Part shown: in pieces, positions 31,271 to 45,440 of the stretch
How the letters are laid out: each line of letters starts with the position of its first letter
Position numbering within the stretch: the first letter of the stretch is position 1
Origin: Escherichia coli
GTDB taxonomy: Bacteria; Pseudomonadota; Gammaproteobacteria; Enterobacterales; Enterobacteriaceae
Strand: one strand, 5' to 3'
Assembly: GCF_003018255.1 (NCBI RefSeq)
Contig: NZ_CP027440.1
Length of the DNA: 64,000 nucleotides
Position numbers and translations under genes: made by a program
The notes under the pieces: model-generated
The model's database searches: none
What the model was told of the DNA's origin: nothing
What the model saw: only the letters and a program-made list of their open reading frames with translations

Positions 31271-31933
31271 GTGAATTTTATTATTTTATTTATAAACAAA
31301 ACGCGTGTAGTGGCGTTAACGCCTGCGTTGCAACCTATTGATGGCGTGGCGGTGAGTTATATTGATGCTGCCGTAGCGTTGGGTAATACCATTAACGAAA
31401 TGGATAAATATTACATCCAGGAAAATTATAAAGACGATGCGTTTGCGAAAGGGAAAACGCTGCACCAGACATTCTTAAAAAATCTGGAAGCCTTTGAACC
31501 TGTAGCAGAATCTTATCATGCGGCGATTCAGGAAATTAATGACAAGCGCCAGCTTACGGAATTGAAAAATATTGAAGAAAGAGAAGGGAAAACATTCCAC
31601 TACTACTCTCTGGCAGTCATGATTTCAGCGAAACAAATTAATAACCTGATATCGCAAGATAAGTTTGATGCAGAAGCGGCAATGAAGAAAGTGTCTGAAC
31701 TGGAAACGCTGGTGGCGCAGGTCAAAGAAGCGGATAAAAGCGGCATGAATTTCTCGTTTATTAATTCGGCAGGCCAGTATCAACTCGAGGCTAAAAAATA
31801 CGTTCGCCGCATCAGAGATAAAGTCCCGTACTCTGACTGGGATAAAGAGCAACTTCAGGACGCAAACTCAAGCTGGATGGCCGAAGACTCATTTCCCGAG
31901 AGCATTATGCGAGTACAACGAAATGGTCGATGA
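31271..31933 (+). CDS. YiiG-position ORF, up to 220 aa from a GTG start; no signal peptide; possibly a 5'-truncated remnant
   Basis: Begins directly after the fdhD terminator; K-12 YiiG as recalled is a longer lipoprotein; first ATG is well inside the frame. Confidence 0.4.
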   Translation: MNFIILFINKTRVVALTPALQPIDGVAVSYIDAAVALGNTINEMDKYYIQENYKDDAFAKGKTLHQTFLKNLEAFEPVAESYHAAIQEINDKRQLTELKNIEEREGKTFHYYSLAVMISAKQINNLISQDKFDAEAAMKKVSELETLVAQVKEADKSGMNFSFINSAGQYQLEAKKYVRRIRDKVPYSDWDKEQLQDANSSWMAEDSFPESIMRVQRNGR

Positions 31934-32353
31934 AATATTTCAGTCAATTGTAATCGCGGAGCGGGTTTGTGATGAGCGCGGATATGTCACGAAGTCGTGA
32001 CAATATAAAGCAGAGTGAAGGATAAATTTTGTGAATAAAGTATCATTATTTAATGATTTTGTGAATGTTTAAATGTCTCAGATAATTTGTTTAAGCGTTA
32101 TTTATATTTGTGGCTTATGAGTCAGCGTGAATCATATCTAATATTTTTTACGATTTTTAGTTAAAAACGGCACTATTGTTATATTCCTCACGTTCCAGGA
32201 AATCAGCGGATTTACTCATATTATGCAGCGGGATACTATCCATCGGCCTGCTGAAGTTGGATTAAAAATTCGAAAGTGCACACCTTATATTTCTCTATAT
32301 ACGTATTCCTTTTGGAAAGCGTAGGGTCTCTTTTATTTCAGGGAACGTAAATA

Positions 32354-33748
32354 ATGAAAAAATCGACATTATCTTTAGCCATCGGTTTATTATTGGCATG
32401 TAGTACCGGAATGGCAAAAACACAGCATTTAACGCTGGAACAACGCATGGCATTGCTGGAAGAACGCCTGGAAGCGGCAGAAATGCGGGCAGCAAAAGCA
32501 GAGAGCCAGGTTAAACAGCTGCAGACACAACAAGCCGCTGAGATCCGCGAAATTAAGGCTGCCCAGGGCAATACGCCGGTAAATGGACAGGCAACGGCGG
32601 AATCTGCAAAGAAAAATTCCACCTCACCTAATCTTTTGCTCTCAGGTTATGGCGATTTAAAAATCTACGGCGACGTAGAATTTAATATGGATGCGGAAAG
32701 TAATCATGGCCTTCTGGCAATGACCAACGCTGATGTGAATAGCGATCCCACTAATGAACAGTGGAATCTCAATGGTCGTATTCTGTTAGGTTTTGATGGT
32801 ATGCGAAAACTGGATAATGGTTATTTCGCCGGGTTCTCCGCACAACCGCTGGGGGACATGCACGGTTCAGTAAATATCGATGATGCGGTATTCTTCTTTG
32901 GCAAAGAAAACGACTGGAAGGTCAAAGTAGGTCGTTTTGAAGCCTACGATATGTTCCCGCTGAATCAGGATACCTTTGTTGAACATTCCGGTAATACTGC
33001 GAACGATCTTTATGACGATGGCAGCGGTTATATCTATATGATGAAAGAGGGCCGCGGGCGCTCTAACGCTGGCGGTAATTTCCTCGTCAGCAAACAACTT
33101 GATAACTGGTATTTTGAATTAAACACGTTACTTGAAGACGGAACATCTTTATATAATGACGGTAATTATCATGGACGCGATATGGAGCAGCAGAAAAATG
33201 TTGCTTATCTGCGTCCAGTAATTGCCTGGTCGCCGACGGAAGAATTCACCGTTTCCGCAGCGATGGAAGCGAACGTAGTAAATAATGCTTATGGTTATAC
33301 CGATAGCAAGGGTAATTTTGTCGATCAGTCCGATCGTACCGGCTATGGTATGAGCATGACCTGGAATGGCCTGAAAACGGATCCGGAAAATGGTGTCGTG
33401 GTTAATCTTAATACCGCCTATTTAGATGCTAATAATGAGAAAGATTTCACTGCCGGGATTAACGCGCTGTGGAAACGTTTCGAGCTCGGTTATATCTACG
33501 CGCACAATAAGATTGATGAATTCAGCGGTGTAGTTTGTGATAACGACTGCTGGATTGATGATGAAGGGACGTACACCATTCACACCATTCATGCGTCTTA
33601 TCAGTTCGCTAATGTGATGGATATGGAGAACTTTAATATTTACCTCGGGACGTATTACTCCATTCTGGATAGCGACGGTGATAAAAAACACGGTGATGAT
33701 ACTGATGACCGTTACGGGGCACGCGTTCGCTTTAAATACTTCTTCTGA
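32354..33748 (+). CDS. Outer-membrane beta-barrel porin with N-terminal coiled-coil extension (carbohydrate-porin-like), 464 aa
   Basis: Signal peptide MKKSTLSLAIGLLLACSTGMA, heptad-rich segment LEQRMALLEERLEAAEMRAAKAESQVKQLQ, alternating beta-strand pattern, C-terminal ...RFKYFF. Confidence 0.7.
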   Translation: MKKSTLSLAIGLLLACSTGMAKTQHLTLEQRMALLEERLEAAEMRAAKAESQVKQLQTQQAAEIREIKAAQGNTPVNGQATAESAKKNSTSPNLLLSGYGDLKIYGDVEFNMDAESNHGLLAMTNADVNSDPTNEQWNLNGRILLGFDGMRKLDNGYFAGFSAQPLGDMHGSVNIDDAVFFFGKENDWKVKVGRFEAYDMFPLNQDTFVEHSGNTANDLYDDGSGYIYMMKEGRGRSNAGGNFLVSKQLDNWYFELNTLLEDGTSLYNDGNYHGRDMEQQKNVAYLRPVIAWSPTEEFTVSAAMEANVVNNAYGYTDSKGNFVDQSDRTGYGMSMTWNGLKTDPENGVVVNLNTAYLDANNEKDFTAGINALWKRFELGYIYAHNKIDEFSGVVCDNDCWIDDEGTYTIHTIHASYQFANVMDMENFNIYLGTYYSILDSDGDKKHGDDTDDRYGARVRFKYFF

Positions 33749-33756
33749 TGAAGTCG

Positions 33757-33781
33757 CGGTGCTGGATATTTTCCGGCACCG
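33757..33781. terminator. Bidirectional hairpin between the porin gene and rhaM
   Basis: Imperfect inverted repeat cggtgctgg...ccggcaccg between convergent stops. Confidence 0.45.
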
Positions 33782-33788
33782 CAACTCA

Positions 33789-34103
33789 TTAAGGCAGGTA
33801 AAACACTTCTTGCAGCTCGCTACTGACTGGGCTGTTATCCGGGTTAGTTGGCATAACGTCGGTCATATATTTCCACCAACGTTGGCAAACATCAGTACTG
33901 GCTACCGCATTCCACCGTTCTTCAGATTCAATCTCTACCGTGGCAAACAGCAGATTACGCGCTTTGTCGAGGTAAATGGCGTAGTTATGCGCACCGTGAG
34001 ATTTCAACACTGCTTCCAGTTCCGGCCAGATTGGATTATGACGACGCTGATACTCTTCGTGGGCGTCGGGGTTAACCTGCATGACAAAGGCTTTGCGGAT
34101 CAT
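33789..34103 (-). CDS. rhaM: L-rhamnose mutarotase, 104 aa
   Basis: ORF-track peptide [30 protein letters not shown]...; ATG read at 34101-34103. Confidence 0.93.
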   Translation of the reverse strand: MIRKAFVMQVNPDAHEEYQRRHNPIWPELEAVLKSHGAHNYAIYLDKARNLLFATVEIESEERWNAVASTDVCQRWWKYMTDVMPTNPDNSPVSSELQEVFYLP

Positions 34104-34112
34104 GTTTGCTCC

Positions 34113-34937
34113 TTACAGCGCCAGCGCACTGGCGAGTGGTGTAACGCCGAAACGCTGGCCGAGCGCTATCAGCTCTTCACGACTGATGGTCTGTTTCATG
34201 CCGCCCATCGAATAAACCTTCACTAATACTTGTGCTGATTTTTCTGCGGTGTCGATTAAACCGAATGTTTCATCCAGTGTCGGACCGCTGCCGAAGACGC
34301 CGTGGAAGGGCCACAACACCAGCGAATGTTTTTGCATTTCCTGTGCGGTCGCCTGGCCGATTTCGTCGGTGCCGGGCACCATCCACGGCAAAATGCCGAC
34401 GCCATCCGGGAACACTACCAGACATTCGGTGCTGCCTTCCCACAGTTGGCGAGTGAAGACCGCGGTGTCGTTTTCCAGTACGTAGGTAAGGGCGATCAGG
34501 TTGGTGGCATGGCAGTGCATGATCACCCGATCTTTACCGTTGGTGGCTTTAATGCGCTCGCAGTGGGAGAGAAAGTGAGCCGGAAGTTCGGAAGTGGGGA
34601 CGGCTTTGTTGGTTAACCCCCAAAGAATGTGGTAGCCCGCGCCGTCGCTGTCGACTTTTACGATGCCTAAGTTAGCCGCAGGATCAAGCTGGACGTTACG
34701 GAAGAATTTGCCTGAGCCGGTGACAATAAACGGTGTATTTGCCAGTAAAGGCATGGGCTGGCTGAGCGGGATATAGCGCGGTTGTTGGTGAAAATTGTCG
34801 TGATATGGTGCGATATCGGCGTCATCCAGGCGCAGCGTCAGGTTGCCGCCGTTGCGCTCGTCCCAGCCTTTCAGCCAGGCGTCGGTGGTGGCTTTAATCA
34901 TTCCCTGGACAAACCAGGACTGAGTAATGTTTTGCAT
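34113..34937 (-). CDS. rhaD: Rhamnulose-1-phosphate aldolase, 274 aa
   Basis: ORF 34113..35030 with start at internal ATG ([32 protein letters not shown]...). Confidence 0.93.
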   Translation of the reverse strand: MQNITQSWFVQGMIKATTDAWLKGWDERNGGNLTLRLDDADIAPYHDNFHQQPRYIPLSQPMPLLANTPFIVTGSGKFFRNVQLDPAANLGIVKVDSDGAGYHILWGLTNKAVPTSELPAHFLSHCERIKATNGKDRVIMHCHATNLIALTYVLENDTAVFTRQLWEGSTECLVVFPDGVGILPWMVPGTDEIGQATAQEMQKHSLVLWPFHGVFGSGPTLDETFGLIDTAEKSAQVLVKVYSMGGMKQTISREELIALGQRFGVTPLASALAL

Positions 34938-34969
34938 GTTCGGTGTTCCTGTTAATTGGACGTCCGTGC

Positions 34970-35118
34970 CTGTTGCCGGATATACGATCTGTAGGCCGGA
35001 TAAGGCACTCGTGCCGCATCCGGCAATCAATGCCTGATGCGACGCTGTCGCGTCTTATCAGGCCTACAACTATTGCCGACCCGTAGGCCGGATAAGGCAC
35101 TTGTGCCGCATCCGGCAG
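34970..35118. repeat. REP/BIME cluster in the rhaD-rhaA intergenic region
   Basis: Repeated gtaggccggataaggc...gccgcatccggca and gcctgatgcgacgc...cttatcaggcctac units. Confidence 0.75.
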
Positions 35119-35121
35119 TGT

Positions 35122-38134
<3,013 letters not shown>

Positions 38135-38971
38135 ATGACCGTATTACATAGTGTGGATTTTTTTCCGTCTGGTAACGCGTCCGTGGCGATAGAACCCCGG
38201 CTCCCGCAGGCGGATTTTCCTGAACATCATCATGATTTTCATGAAATTGTGATTGTCGAACATGGCACGGGTATTCATGTGTTTAATGGGCAGCCCTATA
38301 CCATCACCGGTGGCACGGTCTGTTTCGTACGCGATCATGATCGGCATCTGTATGAACATACCGATAATCTGTGTCTGACCAATGTGCTGTATCGCTCGCC
38401 GGATCGATTTCAGTTTCTCGCCGGGCTGAATCAGTTGCTGCCACAAGAGCAGGATGGGCAGTATCCGTCTCACTGGCGCGTTAACCACAGCGTGTTGCAG
38501 CAGGTGCGACAGCTGGTTGCACAGATGGAACAGCAGGAAGAGGAAAATGATTTACCCTCGACCGCCAGTCGCGAGATCTTATTTATGCAATTACTGCTCT
38601 TGCTGCGTAAAAGCAGTTTGCAGGAGAACCTGGAAAACAGCGCGTCACGTCTCAACTTGCTTCTGGCCTGGCTGGAGGACCATTTTGCCGATGAGGTGAA
38701 TTGGGATGCCGTGGCGGATCTATTTTCTCTTTCGCTGCGTACGCTACATCGGCAGCTTAAGCAGCAAACGGGACTGACGCCTCAGCGTTACCTGAACCGC
38801 CTGCGACTGATGAAAGCCCGACATCTGCTACGCCACAGCGAGGCCAGCGTTACTGACATCGCCTATCGCTGCGGATTCAGCGACAGTAACCACTTTTCGA
38901 CGCTTTTTCGCCGAGAGTTTAACTGGTCACCGCGTGATATTCGCCAGGGACGGGATGGCTTTCTGCAATAA
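38135..38971 (+). CDS. rhaS: AraC-family activator RhaS, 278 aa
   Basis: ORF-track peptide [44 protein letters not shown]... Confidence 0.93.
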   Translation: MTVLHSVDFFPSGNASVAIEPRLPQADFPEHHHDFHEIVIVEHGTGIHVFNGQPYTITGGTVCFVRDHDRHLYEHTDNLCLTNVLYRSPDRFQFLAGLNQLLPQEQDGQYPSHWRVNHSVLQQVRQLVAQMEQQEEENDLPSTASREILFMQLLLLLRKSSLQENLENSASRLNLLLAWLEDHFADEVNWDAVADLFSLSLRTLHRQLKQQTGLTPQRYLNRLRLMKARHLLRHSEASVTDIAYRCGFSDSNHFSTLFRREFNWSPRDIRQGRDGFLQ

Positions 38972-39044
38972 CGCGAATCTACTCAACGTATTTGTACGCC
39001 ATATTGCGAATAATCAACTTCGTTCTCTGGCCGAGGTAGCCACG

Positions 39045-39893
39045 GTGGCGCATCAGTTAAAACTTCTCAAAGATGATTTTTTTGCCAGCGACCAGCAGGC
39101 AGTCGCTGTGGCTGACCGTTATCCGCAAGATGTCTTTGCTGAACATACACATGATTTTTGTGAGCTGGTAATTGTCTGGCGCGGTAATGGTCTGCATGTA
39201 CTCAACGATCGCCCTTATCGCATTACCCGTGGCGATCTCTTTTACATTCATGCTGACGATAAACACTCCTACGCTTCCGTTAACGATCTGGTTTTGCAGA
39301 ATATTATTTATTGCCCGGAGCGGCTGAAGCTGAATCTTGACTGGCAGGGGGCGATTCCGGGATTTAGTGCCAGCGCAGGGCAACCACACTGGCGCTTAGG
39401 TAGCGTGGGGATGGCGCAGGCGCGGCAGATTATCGGTCAGCTTGAGCATGAAAGTAGTCAGCATGTGCCGTTTGCTAACGAAATGGCAGAGTTGCTGTTC
39501 GGGCAGTTGGTGATGTTGCTGAATCGCCATCGTTACACCAGTGATTCGTTGCCGCCAACATCCAGCGAAACGTTGCTGGATAAGCTGATTACCCGGCTGG
39601 CGGCCAGCCTGAAAAGTCCCTTTGCGCTGGATAAATTTTGTGATGAGGCATCGTGCAGTGAGCGCGTTTTGCGTCAGCAATTTCGCCAGCAGACTGGAAT
39701 GACCATCAATCAATATCTGCGGCAGGTCAGAGTGTGTCATGCGCAATATCTTCTCCAGCATAGCCGCCTGTTAATCAGTGATATTTCAACCGAATGTGGC
39801 TTTGAAGATAGTAACTATTTTTCGGTAGTGTTTACCCGGGAAACCGGGATGACGCCCAGCCAGTGGCGTCATCTCAATTCGCAGAAAGATTAA
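39045..39893 (+). CDS. rhaR: AraC-family activator RhaR; GTG start giving 282 aa (alternative upstream starts at 38934 or 38955)
   Basis: ORF 38934..39893; GTG at 39045 precedes [17 protein letters not shown]; longer alternatives would overlap rhaS. Confidence 0.85.
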   Translation: MAHQLKLLKDDFFASDQQAVAVADRYPQDVFAEHTHDFCELVIVWRGNGLHVLNDRPYRITRGDLFYIHADDKHSYASVNDLVLQNIIYCPERLKLNLDWQGAIPGFSASAGQPHWRLGSVGMAQARQIIGQLEHESSQHVPFANEMAELLFGQLVMLLNRHRYTSDSLPPTSSETLLDKLITRLAASLKSPFALDKFCDEASCSERVLRQQFRQQTGMTINQYLRQVRVCHAQYLLQHSRLLISDISTECGFEDSNYFSVVFTRETGMTPSQWRHLNSQKD

Positions 39894-40924
39894 TTCGCCA
39901 TGCCCATGCCGACGATGTTGGCGGCGACAATAATCACCACACAACCGAGGCTCAACACCGTTACCGGACGGCGACCTGCATTGTTCCACTCTTTCAGCAC
40001 CAACCCGACGATACCGCCGCACAATACATAGAAGCTCATATGCAGCATCCAACTGATGTAGTCATACTGCGCCGGAATACGCGCGTGGCCCCAGGCATAG
40101 AAAAAGAATTGCAGATACCACATCAACCCGCCCAGTGCTGAGAGTAACACATTGTGAATGATCAGCGGTTTTGCCAGCGAGAAGTCGGCTTTTAGCGACA
40201 AATCCTTCACTTTTGCCAGACGAATGAAGCAGAAACCGAGGTTAATGATCGCGCCGCCGCCCATGATGACAACATAGCTTGGCAGAGCGACATACAGTGG
40301 ATCGACGCCCAGTGCAGCAGCGGCTTCATGCATCGGTTTTGCGGCGTTCATCGCAAAGGACATCCCGGCAGAGAAAATGCCGCACATCACCGCCAGCACC
40401 AGCCCTTTTTTCAGGTTGAACTCTTCGGCTTTAATGCCCATCTTGCGCTCTTTCAACTGCCCGGCGCGAGTTACAATCCCTACGCCAATCAGCGCCACCA
40501 GAACGCCGAGCAACGTCATGCGTCCGCCTTCGGTATTAATCAGCACATCGAAATTGCCGTTGATAATTGGCGTCATCAGCGTACCGACAATCAACGTAAT
40601 GCCAATGGCGATGCCAATTCCCATCGACATGCCGAGATAACGCATGGTCAGGCCGTAGTTGATATTACCGATCCCCCACATAGCGCCGAACAGAAAAACA
40701 GGCAGCAGCGTAGAGAGACTAAACGAGCTGTAATACGCCCAGAAATTCGGTAGTAACAGGGCGCTGATGGCCCACGGCAGGATAATCCACGAAACAATCC
40801 CACCGACTGACCACATGGTTTCCCATGACCATTTTTTTACTTTTTTGAACGGAGCGTAAAAACAGGCTGCACTGGCCGCGCCGATCAAATGCCAAAATAT
40901 CCCCATCGTAATCGCGTTACTCAT
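39890..40924 (-). CDS. rhaT: L-rhamnose:H+ symporter, 344 aa
   Basis: Polytopic membrane protein, peptide [29 protein letters not shown]... Confidence 0.93.
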   Translation of the reverse strand: MSNAITMGIFWHLIGAASAACFYAPFKKVKKWSWETMWSVGGIVSWIILPWAISALLLPNFWAYYSSFSLSTLLPVFLFGAMWGIGNINYGLTMRYLGMSMGIGIAIGITLIVGTLMTPIINGNFDVLINTEGGRMTLLGVLVALIGVGIVTRAGQLKERKMGIKAEEFNLKKGLVLAVMCGIFSAGMSFAMNAAKPMHEAAAALGVDPLYVALPSYVVIMGGGAIINLGFCFIRLAKVKDLSLKADFSLAKPLIIHNVLLSALGGLMWYLQFFFYAWGHARIPAQYDYISWMLHMSFYVLCGGIVGLVLKEWNNAGRRPVTVLSLGCVVIIVAANIVGMGMAN

Positions 40925-41115
40925 CTTCTTATCCTCATCATTTTTCGTCGCGTCACATCTCCGACGAGATGAGTGTAAAAATCGTGCTGTCGATTAACCT
41001 TTCGCCTATTGCCGCCGCTGCCGATTTACTGGCAATCACGGCATTAAGTGGGTGATTTGCTTCACATCTTGGGCATTTTCCTGCAAAACCATACCCTTAC
41101 GAAAAGTACGGCATT

Positions 41116-41151
41116 GATAATCATTTTCAATATCATTTAATTAACTATAAT
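41116..41151 (+). promoter_or_regulatory. sodA promoter region: Fur-box-like element (gataatcattttcaatatcatt) and -10 TATAAT at 41146-41151
   Basis: AT-rich GATAAT/ATCATT repeats typical of Fur sites, upstream of sodA. Confidence 0.5.
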
Positions 41152-41208
41152 GAACCAACTGCTTACGCGGCATTAACAATCGGCCGCCCGACAATACTGG
41201 AGATGAAT

Positions 41209-41829
41209 ATGAGCTATACCCTGCCATCCCTGCCGTATGCTTACGATGCCCTGGAACCGCACTTCGATAAGCAGACCATGGAAATCCACCACACCAAACA
41301 CCATCAGACCTATGTCAACAACGCCAACGCGGCGCTGGAAAGCCTGCCAGAATTTGCCAACCTGCCGGTTGAAGAGCTGATCACCAAACTGGACCAGCTG
41401 CCAGCAGACAAGAAAACCGTACTGCGCAACAACGCTGGCGGTCACGCTAACCACAGCCTGTTCTGGAAAGGTCTGAAAAAAGGCACCACCTTACAGGGTG
41501 ACCTGAAAGCGGCTATCGAACGTGACTTCGGCTCCGTTGATAACTTCAAAGCAGAATTTGAGAAAGCGGCAGCTTCCCGCTTTGGTTCCGGCTGGGCATG
41601 GCTGGTGCAAAAAGGCGATAAACTGGCGGTGGTTTCTACTGCTAACCAGGATTCCCCGCTGATGGGTGAAGCTATTTCTGGCGCTTCCGGCTTCCCGATT
41701 CTGGGCCTGGATGTGTGGGAACATGCTTACTACCTGAAATTCCAGAACCGCCGTCCGGACTACATCAAAGAGTTCTGGAACGTGGTGAACTGGGACGAAG
41801 CAGCGGCACGTTTCGCGGCGAAAAAATAA
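41209..41829 (+). CDS. sodA: Manganese superoxide dismutase, 206 aa
   Basis: ORF 41203..41829; start at the second ATG ([33 protein letters not shown]) with GGAG RBS 6 nt upstream. Confidence 0.96.
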   Translation: MSYTLPSLPYAYDALEPHFDKQTMEIHHTKHHQTYVNNANAALESLPEFANLPVEELITKLDQLPADKKTVLRNNAGGHANHSLFWKGLKKGTTLQGDLKAAIERDFGSVDNFKAEFEKAAASRFGSGWAWLVQKGDKLAVVSTANQDSPLMGEAISGASGFPILGLDVWEHAYYLKFQNRRPDYIKEFWNVVNWDEAAARFAAKK

Positions 41830-42088
41830 TCATTTGCCGCCTGCTGCAATGAGGCGTTTACGCCGCATATCAGCTTAAAAAATGAACCATCGCCAACGGC
41901 GGTGGTTTTTTTGTGATCAATTTCAAAATAAAAACAATGATCCGATAAAAATAAAACGATGTTTCAATTGATGTGGTTTTGATCACTTTTATTGATTAAA
42001 TGAATGTCTATCTTCGTTTCCATCAACACTGATGCTCCATTGAGGAATTACGCATCAGCCCTTAAAAATATGCCGACAGGTGATGGAA

Positions 42089-43072
42089 ATGCAGATAAAA
42101 CGCTCGATTGAGAAAATCCCGGGGGGGATGATGCTCGTCCCGCTATTCCTTGGCGCACTGTGCCACACCTTCTCGCCGGAGGCGGGGAAATATTTTGGAT
42201 CATTCACCAACGGGATGATTACCGGTACGGTGCCCATTCTGGCGGTGTGGTTTTTTTGCATGGGGGCGTCAATAAAATTAAGCGCGACGGGAACGGTATT
42301 GCGTAAATCCGGTACGCTGGTGGTAACAAAAATTGCCGTCGCGTGGGTGGTTGCGGCAATTGCCTCGCGCATTATTCCGGAACATGGTGTTGAAGTTGGA
42401 TTCTTTGCCGGACTTTCAACGCTGGCGCTGGTGGCGGCGATGGATATGACCAACGGCGGACTTTACGCTTCCATCATGCAGCAGTACGGCACAAAAGAAG
42501 AAGCTGGGGCATTTGTGTTGATGTCATTGGAGTCCGGGCCGCTCATGACGATGATTATTCTGGGCACTGCCGGGATTGCCTCGTTTGAACCGCATGTTTT
42601 CGTCGGCGCAGTATTACCGTTCCTGGTGGGCTTTGCCCTTGGGAACCTTGACCCTGAATTACGAGAATTTTTCAGCAAAGCGGTGCAGACGCTGATTCCA
42701 TTCTTTGCCTTCGCACTGGGTAATACCATTGATTTGACTGTAATTGCCCAGACAGGTTTGCTGGGGATCCTGTTGGGTGTGGCAGTAATTATCGTGACCG
42801 GTATTCCGTTGATTATCGCTGATAAATTGATTGGCGGTGGCGATGGCACTGCCGGAATTGCCGCTTCCAGTTCCGCAGGGGCCGCGGTAGCGACACCTGT
42901 GCTGATTGCAGAAATGGTGCCTGCGTTTAAACCGATGGCTCCGGCAGCAACTTCGCTGGTCGCGACGGCGGTCATTGTGACTTCGATTCTGGTGCCAATT
43001 CTTACCTCTATCTGGTCACGTAAAGTCAAAGCCAGAGTGGCGAAAATCGAAATTTTAGGTACGGTGAAATAA
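42089..43072 (+). CDS. kdgT: 2-keto-3-deoxygluconate permease, 327 aa
   Basis: ORF 42080..43072; start at ATG 42089 ([24 protein letters not shown]...). Confidence 0.9.
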   Translation: MQIKRSIEKIPGGMMLVPLFLGALCHTFSPEAGKYFGSFTNGMITGTVPILAVWFFCMGASIKLSATGTVLRKSGTLVVTKIAVAWVVAAIASRIIPEHGVEVGFFAGLSTLALVAAMDMTNGGLYASIMQQYGTKEEAGAFVLMSLESGPLMTMIILGTAGIASFEPHVFVGAVLPFLVGFALGNLDPELREFFSKAVQTLIPFFAFALGNTIDLTVIAQTGLLGILLGVAVIIVTGIPLIIADKLIGGGDGTAGIAASSSAGAAVATPVLIAEMVPAFKPMAPAATSLVATAVIVTSILVPILTSIWSRKVKARVAKIEILGTVK

Positions 43073-43220
43073 ACCAACTTCCTTAATCCCCACAGCCGGA
43101 TGAACTAACGTTCGTCCGGTTTTCAATTGCGTTTCTGCCTGGATACTTACCGCGAAAACAGCACGCCTGACATAAAATAAATATGGTCTAATGGGGAAAT
43201 TTCTCGTGGAGAGGGAACAG

Positions 43221-43895
43221 ATGCGATATCCGGTTGATGTATACACAGGCAAGATTCAGGCTTATCCCGAAGGCAAACCCAGCGCAATTGCCAAAATCCA
43301 GGTTGATGGTGAGTTGATGCTGACGGACCTGGGGCTGGAAGGTGACGAACAGGCGGAGAAAAAGATCCACGGCGGGCCAGACAGAGCGCTGTGTCATTAT
43401 CCTCGTGAGCATTATCTCTACTGGGCGCGGGAATTTCCGGAACAGGCGGAGCTGTTTGTTGCGCCTGCGTTTGGCGAAAATCTCTCAACCGACGGTCTGA
43501 CGGAAAGTAATGTTTATATTGGTGATATTTTCCGCTGGGGAGAGGCATTAATTCAGGTCAGCCAGCCACGCTCACCTTGCTATAAACTCAATTACCATTT
43601 TGATATCAGCGATATAGCGCAGTTGATGCAAAACACGGGTAAAGTGGGGTGGTTGTATAGCGTAATTGCACCAGGGTTGGTATCTGCTGATGCGCCGCTG
43701 GAGTTGGTTTCCCGTGTCAGCGATGTGACCGTGCAGGAGGCTGCCGCCATCGCATGGCATATGCCGTTTGATGACGATCAGTATCACCGTTTACTCTCCG
43801 CCGCAGGGTTATCGAAAAGCTGGACGCGAACGATGCAAAAGCGCCGACTGAGCGGCAAGCTCGAAGATTTTTCCCGCCGTTTGTGGGGAAAATAA
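43221..43895 (+). CDS. yiiM: MOSC-domain protein YiiM, 224 aa
   Basis: ORF 43191..43895; start at internal Met (MRYPVDVYTGKIQAYPEG...). Confidence 0.88.
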   Translation: MRYPVDVYTGKIQAYPEGKPSAIAKIQVDGELMLTDLGLEGDEQAEKKIHGGPDRALCHYPREHYLYWAREFPEQAELFVAPAFGENLSTDGLTESNVYIGDIFRWGEALIQVSQPRSPCYKLNYHFDISDIAQLMQNTGKVGWLYSVIAPGLVSADAPLELVSRVSDVTVQEAAAIAWHMPFDDDQYHRLLSAAGLSKSWTRTMQKRRLSGKLEDFSRRLWGK

Positions 43896-43902
43896 CCCCG
43901 GA

Positions 43903-44045
43903 GTGTAGGCCTGATAAGACGCTATCAGCGTCGCATCAGGCATCCTGCTCAAATGCCGGATGCGGCGTAAACGCCTTATCCTGCCTACAAAACCCATAAA
44001 TTCAACAGGTTTTGTAGGCCTGATAAGCGTAGTGCATCAGGCATT
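43903..44045. repeat. REP/BIME cluster between yiiM and cpxA
   Basis: gtaggcctgataagacgc...gcatcaggc and gccggatgcggcgtaaacgccttatc units read directly. Confidence 0.75.
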
Positions 44046-44066
44046 TTTTTTACCTGAATGTTGACG

Positions 44067-45440
44067 TTATGACCGCTTATACAGCGGCAACCAAATCACC
44101 AGCCGTAAACCGCCCAGCGGGCTGTCTTCTGCCTTCACCCAGCCACGATGCTGCTGAATGGCGGTTTCTACAATCGCCAGCCCCAAACCTGTACCGCCAG
44201 ATTCACGATCGCGTGCTTCATCGGTCCGATAGAATGGACGGAAAATCTGTTCGCGATCTTCCGGGCTAACGCCAGGACCATCGTCGTCCACCGTAATGGT
44301 GATACCGTCTTTATCTACCGCAAAGCCCACTTCAATCTTCGTATGGGAATAACGCAGAGCATTACGAACAATGTTTTCCAGCGCACTTTCCAGGGCGTTC
44401 GGGTTGCCGTACAGCGGCCACGGCCCAGGTGGGAAGTTAACCGTCAACGACTTGCCCATTTGCTCGGCTTCGAACGCCGCGTTATCCAGCACTTCACTCC
44501 ACAACTGGTTGGCTTTGATGGTCTCGCTAACCAGCGCATTTTTCTGCTGATTACGTGACATCACCAACAGATCGTTGATCATGCTGTCCAGACGTTGCGC
44601 TTCGGTTTCAATACGCTCCAGTTCCTTGCTTTCACCGCTACGACGGCGCAGTAACGCCGTACCCAGTTGCAGACGCGTCAGCGGGGTGCGCAGTTCGTGA
44701 GAGATATCAGAAAGTAGACGCTGCTGAGAGGTCATCATGCGCTCCAGCGCGGTGACCATCTGGTTAAAACTGGCACCGGCGGCAAGGAATTCCTGTGGCC
44801 CCGCTTCCAGTTCCGGGTGCTGGCGTAAGTTTCCCTGGGCAACTTCATCGGCAGCGTTTTTCAGCTTACGCGCCGGTTTTGCCAGACTCCAGGCCAACCA
44901 CAACAGCAGCGGCGTACTGACCAGCATGGTGACAATCAGCAGTAATAGCGGGCGGTCAAACAGTAAGTTTATGAAATCGGATTGAGAACTGCTGGCCGGA
45001 CGAATCAGATAAAGTTGGTAATTATCTTCGCCATCACGCACGGAGAACGGACCGACCAGTTCCACGCGGCCATACTTTTTCTTCTGCGGATGATCGGCGT
45101 TATCGGCCTGACCAATAAAGTTACGAATGATCTGCATTTCGCTGCGTTCAGCGCCGATCACGCGGCCTTCGGTGGTCACCAATAACAAACGCTGTCCTGG
45201 CGGTGCCCACTTATCAATCGCCCGGAACAGACGCCGCCACCACATTAAATCGTTGGGCGGATCGTTCGCCAGCTCCGCTTCAACATGCTGCTCAATCATC
45301 AGACCCTGACGCTGTTCGCTATCCAGAAGCTCGGTCATCTGGCGTGAATCGAGCTTGGGTAACATCAAAACCAACATCAACACCAGCGCCAGCGTCAGCC
45401 AGAAGATGGCGAAGATGCGCGCGGTTAAGCTGCCTATCAT
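44067..45440 (-). CDS. cpxA: Envelope-stress sensor histidine kinase CpxA, 457 aa
   Basis: ORF-track peptide MIGSLTARIFAIFWLTLALVLMLVLMLPKLDSRQ... Confidence 0.95.
   Translation of the reverse strand: MIGSLTARIFAIFWLTLALVLMLVLMLPKLDSRQMTELLDSEQRQGLMIEQHVEAELANDPPNDLMWWRRLFRAIDKWAPPGQRLLLVTTEGRVIGAERSEMQIIRNFIGQADNADHPQKKKYGRVELVGPFSVRDGEDNYQLYLIRPASSSQSDFINLLFDRPLLLLIVTMLVSTPLLLWLAWSLAKPARKLKNAADEVAQGNLRQHPELEAGPQEFLAAGASFNQMVTALERMMTSQQRLLSDISHELRTPLTRLQLGTALLRRRSGESKELERIETEAQRLDSMINDLLVMSRNQQKNALVSETIKANQLWSEVLDNAAFEAEQMGKSLTVNFPPGPWPLYGNPNALESALENIVRNALRYSHTKIEVGFAVDKDGITITVDDDGPGVSPEDREQIFRPFYRTDEARDRESGGTGLGLAIVETAIQQHRGWVKAEDSPLGGLRLVIWLPLYKRS

Noticed and set aside
10187-33788. IS element, integrase or prophage genes as the cause of the three variable loci
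   Set aside because: No transposase- or integrase-like ORF and no terminal inverted repeats with target-site duplications were recognised; the replacements look like homologous-recombination allelic variants
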